From: Pseudobdellovibrionaceae bacterium
GTDB lineage: Bacteria; Bdellovibrionota; Bdellovibrionia; Bdellovibrionales; Bdellovibrionaceae
Assembly: GCA_044359815.1 (NCBI GenBank)
Contig: JBIKLL010000021.1
Coordinates: forward strand, 1 to 36,451
DNA: 36,451 nt
Direction of reading: 5' to 3'
Notes under the pieces: generated by a model
Told to the model about the DNA's origin: nothing
The model's input: the letters and a program-made list of their open reading frames with translations, nothing else
Database searches by the model: none
Shown: one piece after another, positions 1 to 10,897 of the stretch
Layout: every line of letters begins with the position of its first letter
Numbering within the stretch: position 1 is the stretch's first letter
Program-made: the position numbers and the translations under genes

Positions 1-2294
1 AAATTGTAGATATCGACATTGGCACCCAGCTCTCCGCCCTTTGCCAGCCTTCGAACTACAATTCTTGAAGCATCCACTTCCTCAACGATACCATCATTTG
101 TAGCAACAACTGATGTTCCAGAGTCTCTAGCAACAAGTCTTTCTACTCCAGTTCCAACCAATGGCGCACGAGATCTCAACAATGGAACTGCTTGCCTTTG
201 CATGTTCGAACCCATTAAGGCTCGATTGGCGTCATCGTGTTCCAAAAACGGAATCAAACTGGCTGCGATTGAAACCAACTGACTCGGCGACACGTCCATC
301 AAAGAAACGCTTTCCTTTGGAGTGTTTTCGTATTCACCGTTGATTCGACAAATAACTTTTGGTGCTTTGATCTGAGAGATTTCACCGTCTCTTGCTGCTT
401 GAGCAATTTTATGTCCTTGCTCTTCAAGTGCCGACATATAAGTGATTTCCGATGATACTTTTGCTTCTTTCACCGCACGGTAGGGAGTTTCAATAAATCC
501 ATAGCTGTTAATTCGCGCATAAGTTGCCAAAGAGGCTATCAAACCAATGTTTGGTCCCTCTGGAGTTTCAATTGGGCAAATACGGCCATAGTGAGTTGGA
601 TGCACGTCTCGAACCTCGAAACCCGCACGGTCTCTTGTCAAACCGCCTGGGCCCAAAGCTGACAATCTTCTTTTGTGAGTGATCTCAGAAAGAGGGTTCG
701 TTTGATCCATAAACTGTGAAAGCTGAGAAGAACCGAAAAATTCTTTCACCACAGCGTTCACTGGTTTTGCGTTCACTAAATCGTGAGGCATCATTGTTTC
801 AACGTCTTGCAGACTCATTCTTTCGCGAATGGCTCTTTCCATTCTGACCAAACCAATTCGGTATTGATTTTCCAGCAATTCACCAACTGATCTGACACGT
901 CTGTTACCTAAATGATCGATATCGTCCACAACGCCTCGACCGTTTTTCAGGTCAATAAGCATCTTCACAGTCGACATGATGTCTTTTAATGTCAAAGTTC
1001 TGTGTGATGGAGGACATTCTTCCATCGAAATACCGAACTTGTGATTGATTTTAATCCTACCTACTTCTGATAAATCATAAGTTTCTGGATCAAAAAATAA
1101 TCTCTGGAAAAAGCCAGTAGCAGCTTCCAATGTTGGAGGCTCGCCAGGTCTTAGATGTTGGTAAATTTTTAATAAGGCTTCTTCTTTGTTGTTAACTTTG
1201 TCTGTTAATAAAGTGTTTCTCAGATAAGGACCTACTGACAAACCATCAAAGAAAATTAAATAAAATGCATCTATCCCAGCCGCAATAGCTTTAAAGATGT
1301 GTTCTTTATTTAACTCATTATTGGCATCAGCAATGATTTCACCAGTGGATTCGTCAATAAGTGGTTTTCCTAATACTTTGCCTTCCAAATCCTCAGGAGT
1401 GACTTCTAATTCTTTTAAACCCAACTGTTGAACTTTTTTAACAACAGCTCTGGTGATTCTTCGTCCAGCCTTAACTAAAGTTTCGCCAGTTTTTGAATCA
1501 ACGATATCTACTTGGGCTCTTTGGCCAGCCATTCTTTCGATATCTAATTTTCTGTAGAGCTTTTTGTTTTTTACATATACTTCGTCAAGGTCATAAAAAT
1601 ACTCAAGTAACTGTTCGACATTGTAGCCCAATGATTTTAATAGGATTGTCACTGGGAACTTACGGCGCCTGTCGATTCTGACATGAATCAGATCTTTTTG
1701 ATCAAATTCAAAATCCAACCAAGACCCACGATAAGGAATCACTCGGGCTGAATAAATAAGTTTACCCGAAGTGTTGTTTTTTCCACCATCGTGATCAAAG
1801 AATACGCCCGGAGATCTGTGCAATTGAGAAACAACAACTCGCTCTGTGCCGTTAATAATAAAAGATCCGTTAGCAGTCATCAGAGGGATTTCACCCAAGT
1901 AAACTTCCTGCTCCTTAACATCTCTGATGGAGCGAGCCTCTGTTTCCTCATCAACATCAAATACGATCAAACGCAATGTCACCTTGATTGGAGCTGCGAA
2001 AGTCATCCCACGCTGACGGCATTCATCGACGTCGTATTTCGGGGGTTCTAATGTGTAAGATACGAATTCAAGGCTTGAGGTATTATTAAAATCCGAAATT
2101 GGAAATACAGATTTGAAAACTCCGTTAAGACCGGCATCTTGTCTTCTGTCAGTATCAACATCTTTTTGCAGAAATTGTTCATAGGAACTCTTTTGCAATT
2201 CTATCAGGTTTGGGATGGTGATTACCTGCTTGTTTTTAGCAAATGATTTTCGAATTCTCAGATTCGATGCTGTAACAGGGGCATGCGTTTGCAT
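1..2294 (-). CDS. rpoB: DNA-directed RNA polymerase beta subunit, 5' part (runs off window start; absent from the ORF track)
   Basis: Manual reverse-strand translation from ATG 2294 (SD AAGGAG): [20 protein letters not shown]...[12 protein letters not shown]...[30 protein letters not shown]...[36 protein letters not shown]...[11 protein letters not shown]; follows rplL. Confidence 0.99.
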   Translation of the reverse strand, partial: MQTHAPVTASNLRIRKSFAKNKQVITIPNLIELQKSSYEQFLQKDVDTDRRQDAGLNGVFKSVFPISDFNNTSSLEFVSYTLEPPKYDVDECRQRGMTFAAPIKVTLRLIVFDVDEETEARSIRDVKEQEVYLGEIPLMTANGSFIINGTERVVVSQLHRSPGVFFDHDGGKNNTSGKLIYSARVIPYRGSWLDFEFDQKDLIHVRIDRRRKFPVTILLKSLGYNVEQLLEYFYDLDEVYVKNKKLYRKLDIERMAGQRAQVDIVDSKTGETLVKAGRRITRAVVKKVQQLGLKELEVTPEDLEGKVLGKPLIDESTGEIIADANNELNKEHIFKAIAAGIDAFYLIFFDGLSVGPYLRNTLLTDKVNNKEEALLKIYQHLRPGEPPTLEAATGFFQRLFFDPETYDLSEVGRIKINHKFGISMEECPPSHRTLTLKDIMSTVKMLIDLKNGRGVVDDIDHLGNRRVRSVGELLENQYRIGLVRMERAIRERMSLQDVETMMPHDLVNAKPVNAVVKEFFGSSQLSQFMDQTNPLSEITHKRRLSALGPGGLTRDRAGFEVRDVHPTHYGRICPIETPEGPNIGLIASLATYARINSYGFIETPYRAVKEAKVSSEITYMSALEEQGHKIAQAARDGEISQIKAPKVICRINGEYENTPKESVSLMDVSPSQLVSIAASLIPFLEHDDANRALMGSNMQRQAVPLLRSRAPLVGTGVERLVARDSGTSVVATNDGIVEEVDASRIVVRRLAKGGELGANVDIYN

Positions 2295-2405
2295 GAGTAC
2301 TCCTTAGATAGCGCTACAGTTATTAACCGTAGGTTAAAAAATAATTCATACAAAGCTCTTTTGGCGGAGGAAGCTTTAAACCCCACTGATGGAAATCTTT
2401 CCAGC

Positions 2406-2431
2406 AGGCAGAAAACAACTGTTTTCTGCCT
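2406..2431. other. Perfect hairpin in the rplL-rpoB spacer (possible attenuator or processing stem)
   Basis: AGGCAGAAAAC-AACT-GTTTTCTGCCT, 11-bp inverted repeat; no U-tract on the minus strand. Confidence 0.5.
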
Positions 2432-2445
2432 AAGCAAAGATTCAA

Positions 2446-2826
2446 TTATTTGACTTCTACTTTTGCACCAGCTGCTTCAAGCTGCTTTTTCATTTTCTCT
2501 GAATCTTCTTTAGTCACGCCTTCTTTAACTGTTTTTGGCGCGCCTTCGACCAGAGCTTTAGCTTCAGCTAATCCCAAACCAGTCAATGCTCTTACTTCTT
2601 TGATAACATTGATTTTGTTTGCACCAGCATCTTTAAGGATTACATCAAATGCTGTTTTTTCTTCAGCAGGTGCTCCACCAGCTGCTGCACCACCCACTGC
2701 TGCTACTGCAACAGGAGCTGCCGCGGATACGCCCCATTTGTCTTCAAGCATTTTTACAAGTTCTGCAATTTCCAGAACTGTTTTCTTTGATAACTCTTCT
2801 ACTAATTGATCGTTTGTTAATGACAT
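2446..2826 (-). CDS. rplL: 50S ribosomal protein L7/L12
   Basis: [19 protein letters not shown]...[10 protein letters not shown]...[27 protein letters not shown]; start moved to ATG 2826 (SD AAAGGAG). Confidence 0.99.
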   Translation of the reverse strand: MSLTNDQLVEELSKKTVLEIAELVKMLEDKWGVSAAAPVAVAAVGGAAAGGAPAEEKTAFDVILKDAGANKINVIKEVRALTGLGLAEAKALVEGAPKTVKEGVTKEDSEKMKKQLEAAGAKVEVK

Positions 2827-2880
2827 ATAGTCTCCTTTAAATCTTTCGGGCAAAGCCCCATTAAGTTAATTAATAAATTT

Positions 2881-3396
2881 CTATTCTTTTTTAGCTGCAA
2901 GCACGCGCACGAGCGAAGCCGGAGCTTCTTTCAATGTACGAGCCAGTTTTGTCGCTGGAGCCTGCAATACGCCCAATAATTGCGCACGCAAAACGTCCTT
3001 TGAAGGCAATGTTGCCAAAAACTTGATTTTGTTTTCATCAAGCTGCTGACCGTCCATGTAACCAGTTTTTAGCTGGAACATTTCGACATCTTTTGCAAAA
3101 GCTGAGAGCTCTTTCGCAGGCGATGCCACATCACCATAAGCAAAAATCAGGGCATTAGTTCCTACAAAAGCTTTTCCAATTGCTGCATCAACTTTTGGAA
3201 ATTCTTTTACAGCCCTTCGAGCTAAAGTGTTCCTGACAACCTTCATTTCGGCTTCCAACGGGAAAAGTTTTTTGCGTAGGTTTGTGACCTGCTCAACTTT
3301 CATACCTTTGAAATCGACAAGAAAGGCAGCCTTTGATCGACGAAAACGATCCGTCAATTGTTGAACCTCTTGCTCTTTATCTGCTCGAGTAATCAT
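2881..3396 (-). CDS. rplJ: 50S ribosomal protein L10
   Basis: [17 protein letters not shown]...[12 protein letters not shown]...[16 protein letters not shown]; start moved to ATG 3396 (SD AAAGGAGG). Confidence 0.98.
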   Translation of the reverse strand: MITRADKEQEVQQLTDRFRRSKAAFLVDFKGMKVEQVTNLRKKLFPLEAEMKVVRNTLARRAVKEFPKVDAAIGKAFVGTNALIFAYGDVASPAKELSAFAKDVEMFQLKTGYMDGQQLDENKIKFLATLPSKDVLRAQLLGVLQAPATKLARTLKEAPASLVRVLAAKKE

Positions 3397-3420
3397 AGCT
3401 TTCCTCCTTTCATCAGTTTT

Positions 3421-3510
3421 GCCGTCAGTAAGGTCGTCTTTCAACTTCCTGCTGTCTCGGTAGGGTGAAATTTTTAAGCTTTTTAAAGCCCCAACTGTCT
3501 CCGACGGCGG
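3421..3510 (-). promoter_or_regulatory. Ribosomal protein L10 leader (autoregulatory RNA)
   Basis: Minus strand GCCGTC-GGAGACAGTTGGGG...TTAA...CCCTACCGAGAC...GACGGC: closing stem plus the AGACAG..GG / TTAA / CCTAC..GAG pattern of L10 leaders, between rplA and rplJ. Confidence 0.8.
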
Positions 3511-3522
3511 ATTTTAATTTAT

Positions 3523-4224
3523 TTAATCAGCACTCTTTTCTGAAGTGTACTGACTGGTTTCAATTTTAATTCCAGGGCCCATTGTTGAAGCCAAAGAAAT
3601 GGATCTCAAATAAATACCTTTGCTGGTTGAAGGTTTAGCCTTAACCACTGAGCCCATCAATGCTTCAAAATTTTCCTGAATTTTCTGAGCTCCCAAAGAT
3701 TTTTTGCCGATACCTGCATGCACGATTCCCGCTTTATCCACTCTGAAATCAAGCTTACCTTTTTTTTCAGCTGATACTGCTTCACCAACATTCATGGTAA
3801 CTGTTCCAACTTTTGGATTTGGCATCAAACCCCTAGGTCCTAGGACTTTAGCAACTTTCGAAACAACAGCCATCATATCTGGTGTTGCAATTGCTTTATC
3901 AAAATCCAACCAACCATCGTTGATTTTTTGAACTAAATCTTCAGCTCCGACGAAATCAGCTCCTGCATTTTTTGCTTCAGCTTCCTTAGGACCTTTCGCA
4001 AACACGATCACTCGAACTTGCTTCCCAAGACCGTGAGGCAATGCAATAGCTCCTCGAACCTGCTGATCACCTTGTTTTGGATCAACACCTAGTCTGATTG
4101 CTGCTTCAACAGTTTCATCAAATTTCGCTGTTGCAGTTTCCAGCAACAACTTAATTGCGTCCGGAGTTTTATAAATTTTGTTTTCTACTTTTTTAATTGC
4201 TTCTTTATATCTTTTTCCCGCCAT
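3523..4224 (-). CDS. rplA: 50S ribosomal protein L1
   Basis: [17 protein letters not shown]...LPHGLGK...IATPDMM...[16 protein letters not shown]...FRVDKAG...STMGPG. Confidence 0.99.
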   Translation of the reverse strand: MAGKRYKEAIKKVENKIYKTPDAIKLLLETATAKFDETVEAAIRLGVDPKQGDQQVRGAIALPHGLGKQVRVIVFAKGPKEAEAKNAGADFVGAEDLVQKINDGWLDFDKAIATPDMMAVVSKVAKVLGPRGLMPNPKVGTVTMNVGEAVSAEKKGKLDFRVDKAGIVHAGIGKKSLGAQKIQENFEALMGSVVKAKPSTSKGIYLRSISLASTMGPGIKIETSQYTSEKSAD

Positions 4225-4226
4225 AA

Positions 4227-4652
4227 TTACTCCTGAACCTCTAGGCCCATGCTTTTTGCTGTGCCCACTACCTGTGACATTGCTGATTCAATTTTCATGC
4301 AATTAAGATCAGGCATTTTTGTTGTGGCGATTGCCTTTACGTCTGTCATCTTCACTTTTCCAACTTTGTCCTTCTGAGGCATTTTAGATCCTGATTGAAT
4401 CTTAGTTGCCTTTTTCAGCAGATTTGACACTGGCGGAGTTTTTGTAATGAAGGTAAACGAACGGTCTTGATAAACAGTGATGATGATCGGAATCACATCA
4501 TCGCCCAACTTTTGAGTTCGGGCATTAAACTGTTTACAGAATTCCATTATGTTTACCCCATGTTGTCCGAGTGCCGGTCCAACGGGAGGCGCTGGATTTG
4601 CCTTCCCTGCCGGAATCTGCAATTTGATCATCGCAGTTACTTTTTTTGCCAT
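4227..4652 (-). CDS. rplK: 50S ribosomal protein L11
   Basis: MAKKV...[35 protein letters not shown]...GTAKSMG; ATG 4652 after AGGAG. Confidence 0.99.
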   Translation of the reverse strand: MAKKVTAMIKLQIPAGKANPAPPVGPALGQHGVNIMEFCKQFNARTQKLGDDVIPIIITVYQDRSFTFITKTPPVSNLLKKATKIQSGSKMPQKDKVGKVKMTDVKAIATTKMPDLNCMKIESAMSQVVGTAKSMGLEVQE

Positions 4653-4743
4653 ACCCACTCCTACATTAGGGTTGCGCTAAAGATTATTCCTTAGCTTAAA
4701 TAATAAATTTCAACGCGCTTTCGGCGCTTCACACTACTGACGA

Positions 4744-5274
4744 CTAAGCCTTTTCCACTTGGATAAAGTCCAATTCAACAGGTGTTGGTCTGCCAAATAT
4801 AGAAACCAAAACCTTAACCTTGCCTTTTTCTTCGTTAATTTCTTCAACGGTTCCATTAAAATTACTGAATGGTCCATCAACAACCATAACGTTTTCACCT
4901 TGTGAGAACTTGATTTTTGGTTTTGGCTTTTCAGCGCCACCAACCATCTGCTGAGTCACACGTAAAACTTCTGCTTCAGGGACTTCCGGTGGTTTGACTT
5001 TGCCACCTACGAATCCGCTGACTTTCGATGAATTTCTGACCAAATGCCAAGTTTGATCATTCATAACCATGTTTACAAAAATATACCCAGGGAAAAACTT
5101 TCGAGATTTAGTTTGTTTCTGACCTTTAACCAACTGAACTACATTTTCGGCTGGGATTAAAATTTCGCCAAAAGATTCTTCTAATTTATGATTTCTAATT
5201 CGTTCTTCGATGGCTGATTTGGCAGTGTTTTCACAACCAGTTTGAACGTTAATAATGTACCATTTTTTATCCAT
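4744..5274 (-). CDS. nusG: Transcription termination/antitermination factor NusG
   Basis: KWYII...FFPGYIFV (NGN domain) and VVDGPFSNFNG...VSIFGRPTPVEL (KOW domain); ATG 5274 after GGAG. Confidence 0.99.
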   Translation of the reverse strand: MDKKWYIINVQTGCENTAKSAIEERIRNHKLEESFGEILIPAENVVQLVKGQKQTKSRKFFPGYIFVNMVMNDQTWHLVRNSSKVSGFVGGKVKPPEVPEAEVLRVTQQMVGGAEKPKPKIKFSQGENVMVVDGPFSNFNGTVEEINEEKGKVKVLVSIFGRPTPVELDFIQVEKA

Positions 5275-5284
5275 GTTCACTCCA

Positions 5285-5662
5285 TTACCTCATCAACACG
5301 TTCAACACATAACCAGACAAAAAATCAAAGCTGGTTATGATCACGCTTGAAATCAACACCATAATCACAACTACAATAGTCATTGCTGTTGTGTCTTTAC
5401 GTGACGGCCATACTACTTTTCGAATTTCGCTAACGACTTCATCCCCCCAGGCCAAAACCTTGGGATTAAACTGAAGAGCTACAAACATCGCCAGACCAAT
5501 ACCGACAGGCAGTCCGTGTCTAACTAAATCTGAATCTGCAAATCTGGCAATAATTCCAAAGGCTCCCGCAAAAGCTTTGATCAACAGATGAATTGAAAGT
5601 CCAACCAGTGCTGACGCTATCGCAAAACACAAAGTCATTAATTTCGAATTTGTTTTATCCAT
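5285..5662 (-). CDS. secE: Preprotein translocase SecE (long, about 3 TM form)
   Basis: EIRKVVWPSRKDT motif followed by a TM helix; located between tRNA-Trp and nusG. Confidence 0.97.
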   Translation of the reverse strand: MDKTNSKLMTLCFAIASALVGLSIHLLIKAFAGAFGIIARFADSDLVRHGLPVGIGLAMFVALQFNPKVLAWGDEVVSEIRKVVWPSRKDTTAMTIVVVIMVLISSVIITSFDFLSGYVLNVLMR

Positions 5663-5695
5663 TCATTCTCCTAAACAACAAACAATCACTTAAAC

Positions 5696-5771
5696 TGGCA
5701 GGGCAGGCAGGATTCGAACCTGCAACCTAACGATTTGGAGTCGTTCGCTCTACCGTTAGAGCTACTACCCT
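5696..5771 (-). tRNA. tRNA-Trp (CCA)
   Basis: AGGGTAGTAGCTCTAACGGTAGAGC...CT-CCA-AA...GGTTCGAATCC...CTGCCCTGCCA, 76 nt with encoded CCA end. Confidence 0.97.
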
Positions 5772-5850
5772 GTTAACCCCTTAAATAGCTATGGGGATGC
5801 CTGATTTAGCACCCCCACAAAGCATTTTTTACATCAAATTGGGCAATAGA

Positions 5851-7041
5851 TTACTCAACGATTTCTGTAACAACTCCTGCACCAACAGTTCTTCCACCCT
5901 CACGAATCGCAAATCGTAGTTCTTTTTCCATTGCGATTGGGGCGATAAGTTCTACGTTCAATTCAATTCTATCACCGGGCATAACCATTTCTGTTCCTGT
6001 TTTAAGAGTCACAACACCAGTTACATCCGTAGTTCTGAAATAAAACTGAGGTCTGTATCCGTTAAAAAATGGAGTGTGTCTTCCACCTTCTTCTTTTGTA
6101 AGGATATAGGCTTCTGCTTTGAATTTTTTATGAGGCTTAATGGTTCCTGGCTTAGCAAGAACTTGTCCACGTTCAACTTCTTCTTTTTTGGTACCACGAA
6201 GTAAAACACCGCAGTTGTCGCCAGCTTGACCTTCATCAAGAAGTTTTCTGAACATTTCGATACCAGTCACAACTGTTTTAGTAGTTGGCTTAATACCCAC
6301 GATTTCAACTTCTTCATTCACTTTAACGATTCCTCTTTCAACACGGCCAGTAACAACTGTTCCACGACCAGAGATTGAAAAAACGTCTTCGATAGGCATC
6401 AAAAATGTTTTTTCGACAGCCCTTTGAGGTTGCGGAATATATGCATCGCAAGCTTCCATCAATTTCTTGATTGCAGGTCTGCCAATTTCAGATGTGTCGC
6501 CTTCAAGCGCTTTAAGAGCCGATCCTTTAACTATTGGAATCTTGTCGCCAGGAAATTCGTACTTAGTTAAAAGCTCACGAACTTCAAGCTCAACTAGATC
6601 CAAAAGTTCTTTGTCATCAACCATGTCTACTTTGTTCATAAACACAACAAGGGCTGGAACACCAACTTGGCGAGCCAACAAAATATGTTCACGAGTTTGA
6701 GGCATAGGACCGTCAGCTGCTGAAACAACTAAAATTGCTCCATCCATCTGAGCGGCACCAGTGATCATGTTTTTCACATAATCGGCGTGTCCTGGGCAAT
6801 CAACGTGCGCATAGTGACGTTTTTCTGTTTCGTATTCTACGTGAGTGGTAGAAATTGTGATACCACGCTCTTTTTCTTCAGGGGATTTATCAATCTGGTC
6901 GTAGCTAAGAGCTTGCGCTTTACCTTCCGCTGCTAAAGTTGATGTGATCGCCGCTGTTAGTGTCGTCTTACCATGATCGACGTGACCAATAGTACCGATA
7001 TTGCAGTGGGGTTTGTTTCTGTTGAACTTCTCTTTTGACAT
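5851..7041 (-). CDS. tuf: Elongation factor Tu
   Basis: MSKEKF...GHVDHGKTT...[15 protein letters not shown]...NKVD...[13 protein letters not shown], 396 aa. Confidence 0.99.
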   Translation of the reverse strand: MSKEKFNRNKPHCNIGTIGHVDHGKTTLTAAITSTLAAEGKAQALSYDQIDKSPEEKERGITISTTHVEYETEKRHYAHVDCPGHADYVKNMITGAAQMDGAILVVSAADGPMPQTREHILLARQVGVPALVVFMNKVDMVDDKELLDLVELEVRELLTKYEFPGDKIPIVKGSALKALEGDTSEIGRPAIKKLMEACDAYIPQPQRAVEKTFLMPIEDVFSISGRGTVVTGRVERGIVKVNEEVEIVGIKPTTKTVVTGIEMFRKLLDEGQAGDNCGVLLRGTKKEEVERGQVLAKPGTIKPHKKFKAEAYILTKEEGGRHTPFFNGYRPQFYFRTTDVTGVVTLKTGTEMVMPGDRIELNVELIAPIAMEKELRFAIREGGRTVGAGVVTEIVE

Positions 7042-7178
7042 GTAAATCCTCCGGTTGTTTTTTCTAAAAACAAATTTATTTTTCTAAAATTTTTAACCTT
7101 TTGGTTCTATAACCAAAAATTTCAATCCTCAATCATAATTTTAGCCAACTCTGCTCAAAATCCTAAGTTCCACAGATT

Positions 7179-7253
7179 TGGAGCCCATGATCGGAGCCGA
7201 ACCGACGACCTCACCCTTACCAAGGGTGTGCTCTACCACTGAGCTACATGGGC
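7179..7253 (-). tRNA. tRNA-Thr (GGT)
   Basis: GCCCATGTAGCTCAGTGGTAGAGC...TT-GGT-AA...GGTTCGGCTCC...CATGGGCTCCA. Confidence 0.95.
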
Positions 7254-7259
7254 CATATT

Positions 7260-7336
7260 TGGAGCGGGAGACGGGTCTCGAACCCGCAACCCTCAGCTTG
7301 GAAGGCTGATACTCTAGCCAATTGAGCTACTCCCGC
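7260..7336 (-). tRNA. tRNA-Gly (TCC)
   Basis: GCGGGAGTAGCTCAATTGGCTAGAG...CT-TCC-AA...GGTTCGAGACC...CTCCCGCTCCA. Confidence 0.97.
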
Positions 7337-7375
7337 TCTTTTTCAAAACTTCGAACCCACATTGCATCCCAATAT

Positions 7376-7461
7376 TGGTGGAGGGAGAAGGATTCGAACC
7401 TTCGTAGACGTAAGTCAGCAGATTTACAGTCTGCCCCCTTTAGCCACTCGGGCATCCCTCC
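7376..7461 (-). tRNA. tRNA-Tyr (GTA)
   Basis: GGAGGGATGCCCGAGTGGCTAAAGGG...CT-GTA-AA, long variable arm, GGTTCGAATCC...TCCCTCCACCA. Confidence 0.97.
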
Positions 7462-7521
7462 ATGTTTATTAGGATGCCGCTTATTTTTAAAATTCCTTTG
7501 AGATTTCACTCTCAAAATAAC

Positions 7522-7597
7522 TGGAGCTGGCTATGGGACTCGAACCCGCAACCTGCTGATTACAAATCAGCTGCTCTACCAATTGAGCTAAGCCAGC
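7522..7597 (-). tRNA. tRNA-Thr (TGT)
   Basis: GCTGGCTTAGCTCAATTGGTAGAGC...TT-TGT-AA...GGTTCGAGTCC...AGCCAGCTCCA; completes the classic Thr-Tyr-Gly-Thr-tuf operon. Confidence 0.97.
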
Positions 7598-7612
7598 ACC
7601 ACGAAGTGACAA

Positions 7613-7641
7613 TTACTAAAGAAATTAGATGGGGTAGTCAA
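7613..7641 (-). promoter_or_regulatory. Putative sigma70 promoter of the tRNA-tuf operon
   Basis: TTGACT-N17-TAGTAA, ending 15 nt before the first tRNA. Confidence 0.55.
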
Positions 7642-7651
7642 AGATAAAAAA

Positions 7652-8416
7652 TTAAGGCTTTTTGAACGCTTGTGCTCTGAATTTTTTGAAATATTCAAAA
7701 CAGACTAAACCAGCAGTGACCGAAACATTGAAGCTGGCGTTGGGATCAGCTTGAGGAATGCTTATAAGTTCATCACATAGTTTTTCAGTTGTTGTTCTGA
7801 GACCTGAATCTTCGGCCCCTAATGCCCAAACTATTTTTTCAGGAATCTGCACATCAAACAGAGTTTTTTTAGCTTTATGTGAAAGACCAAATACCCAAAA
7901 ACCTTGTTCTTTTAGGTCCTGAATCGTGGGTGAAAAGGATGGGACTTGTAAAATGGGAACGTGCTCTACACCACCGCAAGCTGATTTGTGAACGATGGGT
8001 GTTAAACCTGTTGCTCTGTCTTGAGGAACGATGATGCCACTAACTTTCATAAGCCATCCCGTTCTGAATATTGCACCCAGGTTATGAGGGTCTTCAATCC
8101 CATCGAGCATCAGTACTTGGCCATCAGCACCATATATAGACTCAGCGTTCCATTCTGGCTGATCTTTGCAAAACAAAGCCACCCCTTGATGGGTTTTAGC
8201 GAACTTTTCCAGTATCTGTGAATTTTTAACTTCAGACTTTATATTAAGTTTTCGAGAAGTTTCAAAAATTTTGTTCAGTTCGGCATTGCGTTCGTATTTA
8301 TCCTGAAACCATATGTTCGAAACAGACCGTGGCCTGATTTTCAAACATTCATTCACTGCATGTATGCCAATAACGATTCGCTCTTTCATAGGGGTTGGGA
8401 TTATCAAATTTTTCAC
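7652..8416 (-). CDS. rlmB: SpoU/TrmH-family rRNA 2'-O-methyltransferase (RlmB-like)
   Basis: THQGV, LDGIEDPHNLGAIFRT, LGAEDSGLR, SIPQ...SFNVSV SPOUT motifs; start is GTG 8416 or ATG 8389. Confidence 0.88.
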   Translation of the reverse strand: MKNLIIPTPMKERIVIGIHAVNECLKIRPRSVSNIWFQDKYERNAELNKIFETSRKLNIKSEVKNSQILEKFAKTHQGVALFCKDQPEWNAESIYGADGQVLMLDGIEDPHNLGAIFRTGWLMKVSGIIVPQDRATGLTPIVHKSACGGVEHVPILQVPSFSPTIQDLKEQGFWVFGLSHKAKKTLFDVQIPEKIVWALGAEDSGLRTTTEKLCDELISIPQADPNASFNVSVTAGLVCFEYFKKFRAQAFKKP

Positions 8417-8462
8417 TGCTCTAACAACAGATTAAAAAATCAGTGAACAGGTTTCAAATTTA

Positions 8463-9164
8463 TTAATAGATTGCAGTCATAAAATCAATGGCTGCCTCCC
8501 TGGGAGAAGGAGCCTCTATTATGGGTCTGCCAACGACTAAAACATTAGAGCCTTTTTTAATGGCTTCCATCGGTGTCATCGTTCGGCTTTGGTCAGACGT
8601 TTCTTGCAAATCAAATCGTATCCCTGGAGTGACTGAATAAAATCCAAAGCTTTTTGCTATTTCCAATTCAAGGGCAGAACAAACCACAGAATTCAAACCC
8701 GCATTTTGAATATCTGAACACAGGCTCTTGACTAGGTCTGATGTTGTTTGAAACTTGAAGTTGTTTTGAAGATCCGAATCAGTCCATGACGTTAACACTG
8801 TCACAGGAAGGATTTTTAAATCCTGGTACTGGCTTTGTATTTTTGAAAGAGCCTTCATAGCTTTAATTCCTGACAAAGCATGAATAGTGATCAAAGAAGC
8901 GCCAGCATCAGCCGCTGCTTTCACAGAAGCTTCCATTGTCGAAGGGATATCAAAAAACTTGCAATCAACAAACACAGGTAGTTTGTGTGACAATTGTTTG
9001 ATGATTTGAGCCCCGTATTTAAATACGAGCCTGGGGCCAATTTTAAATCCACCAACTGTGTCGGCCAAGTCTGCGGCCAATTTCAGTGCCACACTAATAT
9101 CATCGACATCTAAAGCCACGCACAAAGGATTTTTAAGCGGAGCCGATTTGTTATTTAGTTTCAT
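8463..9164 (-). CDS. pyrF: Orotidine-5'-phosphate decarboxylase
   Basis: VALD, FKIG, DCKFFDIPST (DxKxxD), VTVLTS, VTPGIR, DQSR, VVGRPI. Confidence 0.97.
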   Translation of the reverse strand: MKLNNKSAPLKNPLCVALDVDDISVALKLAADLADTVGGFKIGPRLVFKYGAQIIKQLSHKLPVFVDCKFFDIPSTMEASVKAAADAGASLITIHALSGIKAMKALSKIQSQYQDLKILPVTVLTSWTDSDLQNNFKFQTTSDLVKSLCSDIQNAGLNSVVCSALELEIAKSFGFYSVTPGIRFDLQETSDQSRTMTPMEAIKKGSNVLVVGRPIIEAPSPREAAIDFMTAIY

Positions 9165-10897
9165 AGGCTTTCTAAAATCGCCAAAGTTTTTTGAAATACC
9201 TGATTGGGATTTAGTTTATCAACGTTCTTAGTTTTTCTGCTTACCACTTCGATTTGGCCTGCTTCAAAACCTTTTTTACCTACAACTATTCGGACCGGGA
9301 ATCCTAACAGATCAGCGTCTTTAAATTTCACACCCGGACGCTCGTCCCTGTCGTCTTCAAAAACTTCCACACCTTTGGATTCCAGCTCTGCTGTCAGTTG
9401 CGCACAGTAATCAGAAATTGATTTTTCAGAAGGATCCAAGTTGCAAATATGCACATGAAATGGGGCTAAGCTTTTGGGCCAAATAATTCCATCGGCATCA
9501 TGGCATTGTTCGATGCAGGCCTGCACGGTACGAGTCACACCAATCCCGTAACAGCCCATTTCAACAGGGGTAGCTTTGCCGTTTTTATCCAAGTAGTTGG
9601 CATTAAGTTTTTTTGCGTACAAAGTTCCCAAATAAAAAACATGCCCAACTTCGATCCCTCGATAGGATTTCAAACTGCCTTTACCAGATGGGTCTTTGTC
9701 ACCCGCCTTGGCCATTCTGAGATCAGCCATTTTAGTGATTTTAAAATCCCTTTCGTGATTAACATTTTTTATATGAAAATCGTCTTGGTTGGCGCCCACA
9801 ATATAGTTTTTAAATCCTTTGATTCCATTATCCGCATAAATTGGAATTTGTAAGCCCACTGGGCCGCAACTGCCAGGCAGAGCTCCCGTAACTTTTTTTA
9901 CCTCTTCATCCGTCAGCATTGGCGGCGGATTAATAATGCCTAACAAGTTTTTTAGTTTTATAGGATTAAGTTCGTCAGAGCCCCTCAACAACACAGCAAT
10001 TGGTTTAAAAATTTTATCCTTGGGATCTGATCCATCATTGGCATTAAAAAATAAAGTTTTGACCAATTCTTTTTCTGGCACCGACGTAAATTTGGACAAA
10101 TCCGCTATTGTCCTTTGTTTTGGCGTCGCAAATTTTTCTGTCGGTTTTTCGGCTTCAGATGAATTGTATTCTTGAGCATCAATGGCAGGACAGACTTCCA
10201 CATTTGCTGCAAAATCTGAACTGTCGCTGACCAGCAAGGCGTCTTCACCAGCTTCAGCCAGCAATTGAAATTCGTGGGTCTGAGAACCCCCGATATTTCC
10301 AGCGTCTGCCTGCACGATTCGATAGTCCACACCGATTTTGGAAAAGATGGCTTTATAGGCATCATACATTGATTGATAGCTCTTAAGAGCGCCTTCCTTG
10401 TCCAAATCGAAACTGTAGGCGTCCTTCATGATAAATTCACGCCCTCTCATAAGTCCAAAGCGAGGTCTGATTTCATCGCGGTATTTTGTTTGAATTTGAT
10501 AAATATTTTTAGGAAGGTGTCTATAGGATTTCACATCATGTCTGACATAATCCGTAACGACTTCTTCGTGCGTGGCGCCCAAACAATACCAATGGTCATT
10601 GCGATTTTTAAATTTCAGAAGCCCTGCACCCATTTGGTCCCACCGTTGTGATTCATCCCAAATTTCTCGGGGCTGTACCATAGGCATCAAAATTTCTATA
10701 CAGCCACGTTTATTAAGTTCTTCACGAACTATGTTTTCAAATTTTCTAATGCTTCTAAGCAATAAATTTCCGTAGGTATAAAGCCCAGGCCCCAGCTTTT
10801 TCATTAAGCCGGCCCTTATCATTAATTTGTGTGATGGAATCTCAGCATCCTGAGGGGCCTCTTTGAGTGTAAAAATAAAAGTCTGTGACCATTTCAT
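9161..10897 (-). CDS. proS: Proline--tRNA ligase (bacterial type with INS editing domain)
   Basis: SHKLMIRAG, LGATHEE, QIQTKYRDEIRPRFGLMRGREFIMKDAYSF, GIEVGHVF, MGCYGIGVTR, DDRDERPGVKFKDADLLG. Confidence 0.99.
   Translation of the reverse strand: MKWSQTFIFTLKEAPQDAEIPSHKLMIRAGLMKKLGPGLYTYGNLLLRSIRKFENIVREELNKRGCIEILMPMVQPREIWDESQRWDQMGAGLLKFKNRNDHWYCLGATHEEVVTDYVRHDVKSYRHLPKNIYQIQTKYRDEIRPRFGLMRGREFIMKDAYSFDLDKEGALKSYQSMYDAYKAIFSKIGVDYRIVQADAGNIGGSQTHEFQLLAEAGEDALLVSDSSDFAANVEVCPAIDAQEYNSSEAEKPTEKFATPKQRTIADLSKFTSVPEKELVKTLFFNANDGSDPKDKIFKPIAVLLRGSDELNPIKLKNLLGIINPPPMLTDEEVKKVTGALPGSCGPVGLQIPIYADNGIKGFKNYIVGANQDDFHIKNVNHERDFKITKMADLRMAKAGDKDPSGKGSLKSYRGIEVGHVFYLGTLYAKKLNANYLDKNGKATPVEMGCYGIGVTRTVQACIEQCHDADGIIWPKSLAPFHVHICNLDPSEKSISDYCAQLTAELESKGVEVFEDDRDERPGVKFKDADLLGFPVRIVVGKKGFEAGQIEVVSRKTKNVDKLNPNQVFQKTLAILESL

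Noticed and set aside
630..750. rpoB rifampicin-resistance-determining region
   Set aside because: Reads [25 protein letters not shown], wild type at the Q513, D516, H526 and S531 equivalents.
19..2051. Short plus-strand ORFs (19..282, 161..343, 1493..1681, 1791..2051)
   Set aside because: Antisense shadows of rpoB, which the ORF track missed because its stop lies outside the window.
7337..7375. GGGTTCGAAG T-loop-like fragment in the Tyr-Gly tRNA spacer
   Set aside because: No pairing T-stem or acceptor stem; too short to call a tRNA remnant or att site.
7327..7647. ORFs 7327..7515 and 7462..7647
   Set aside because: They overlap bona fide tRNA genes.
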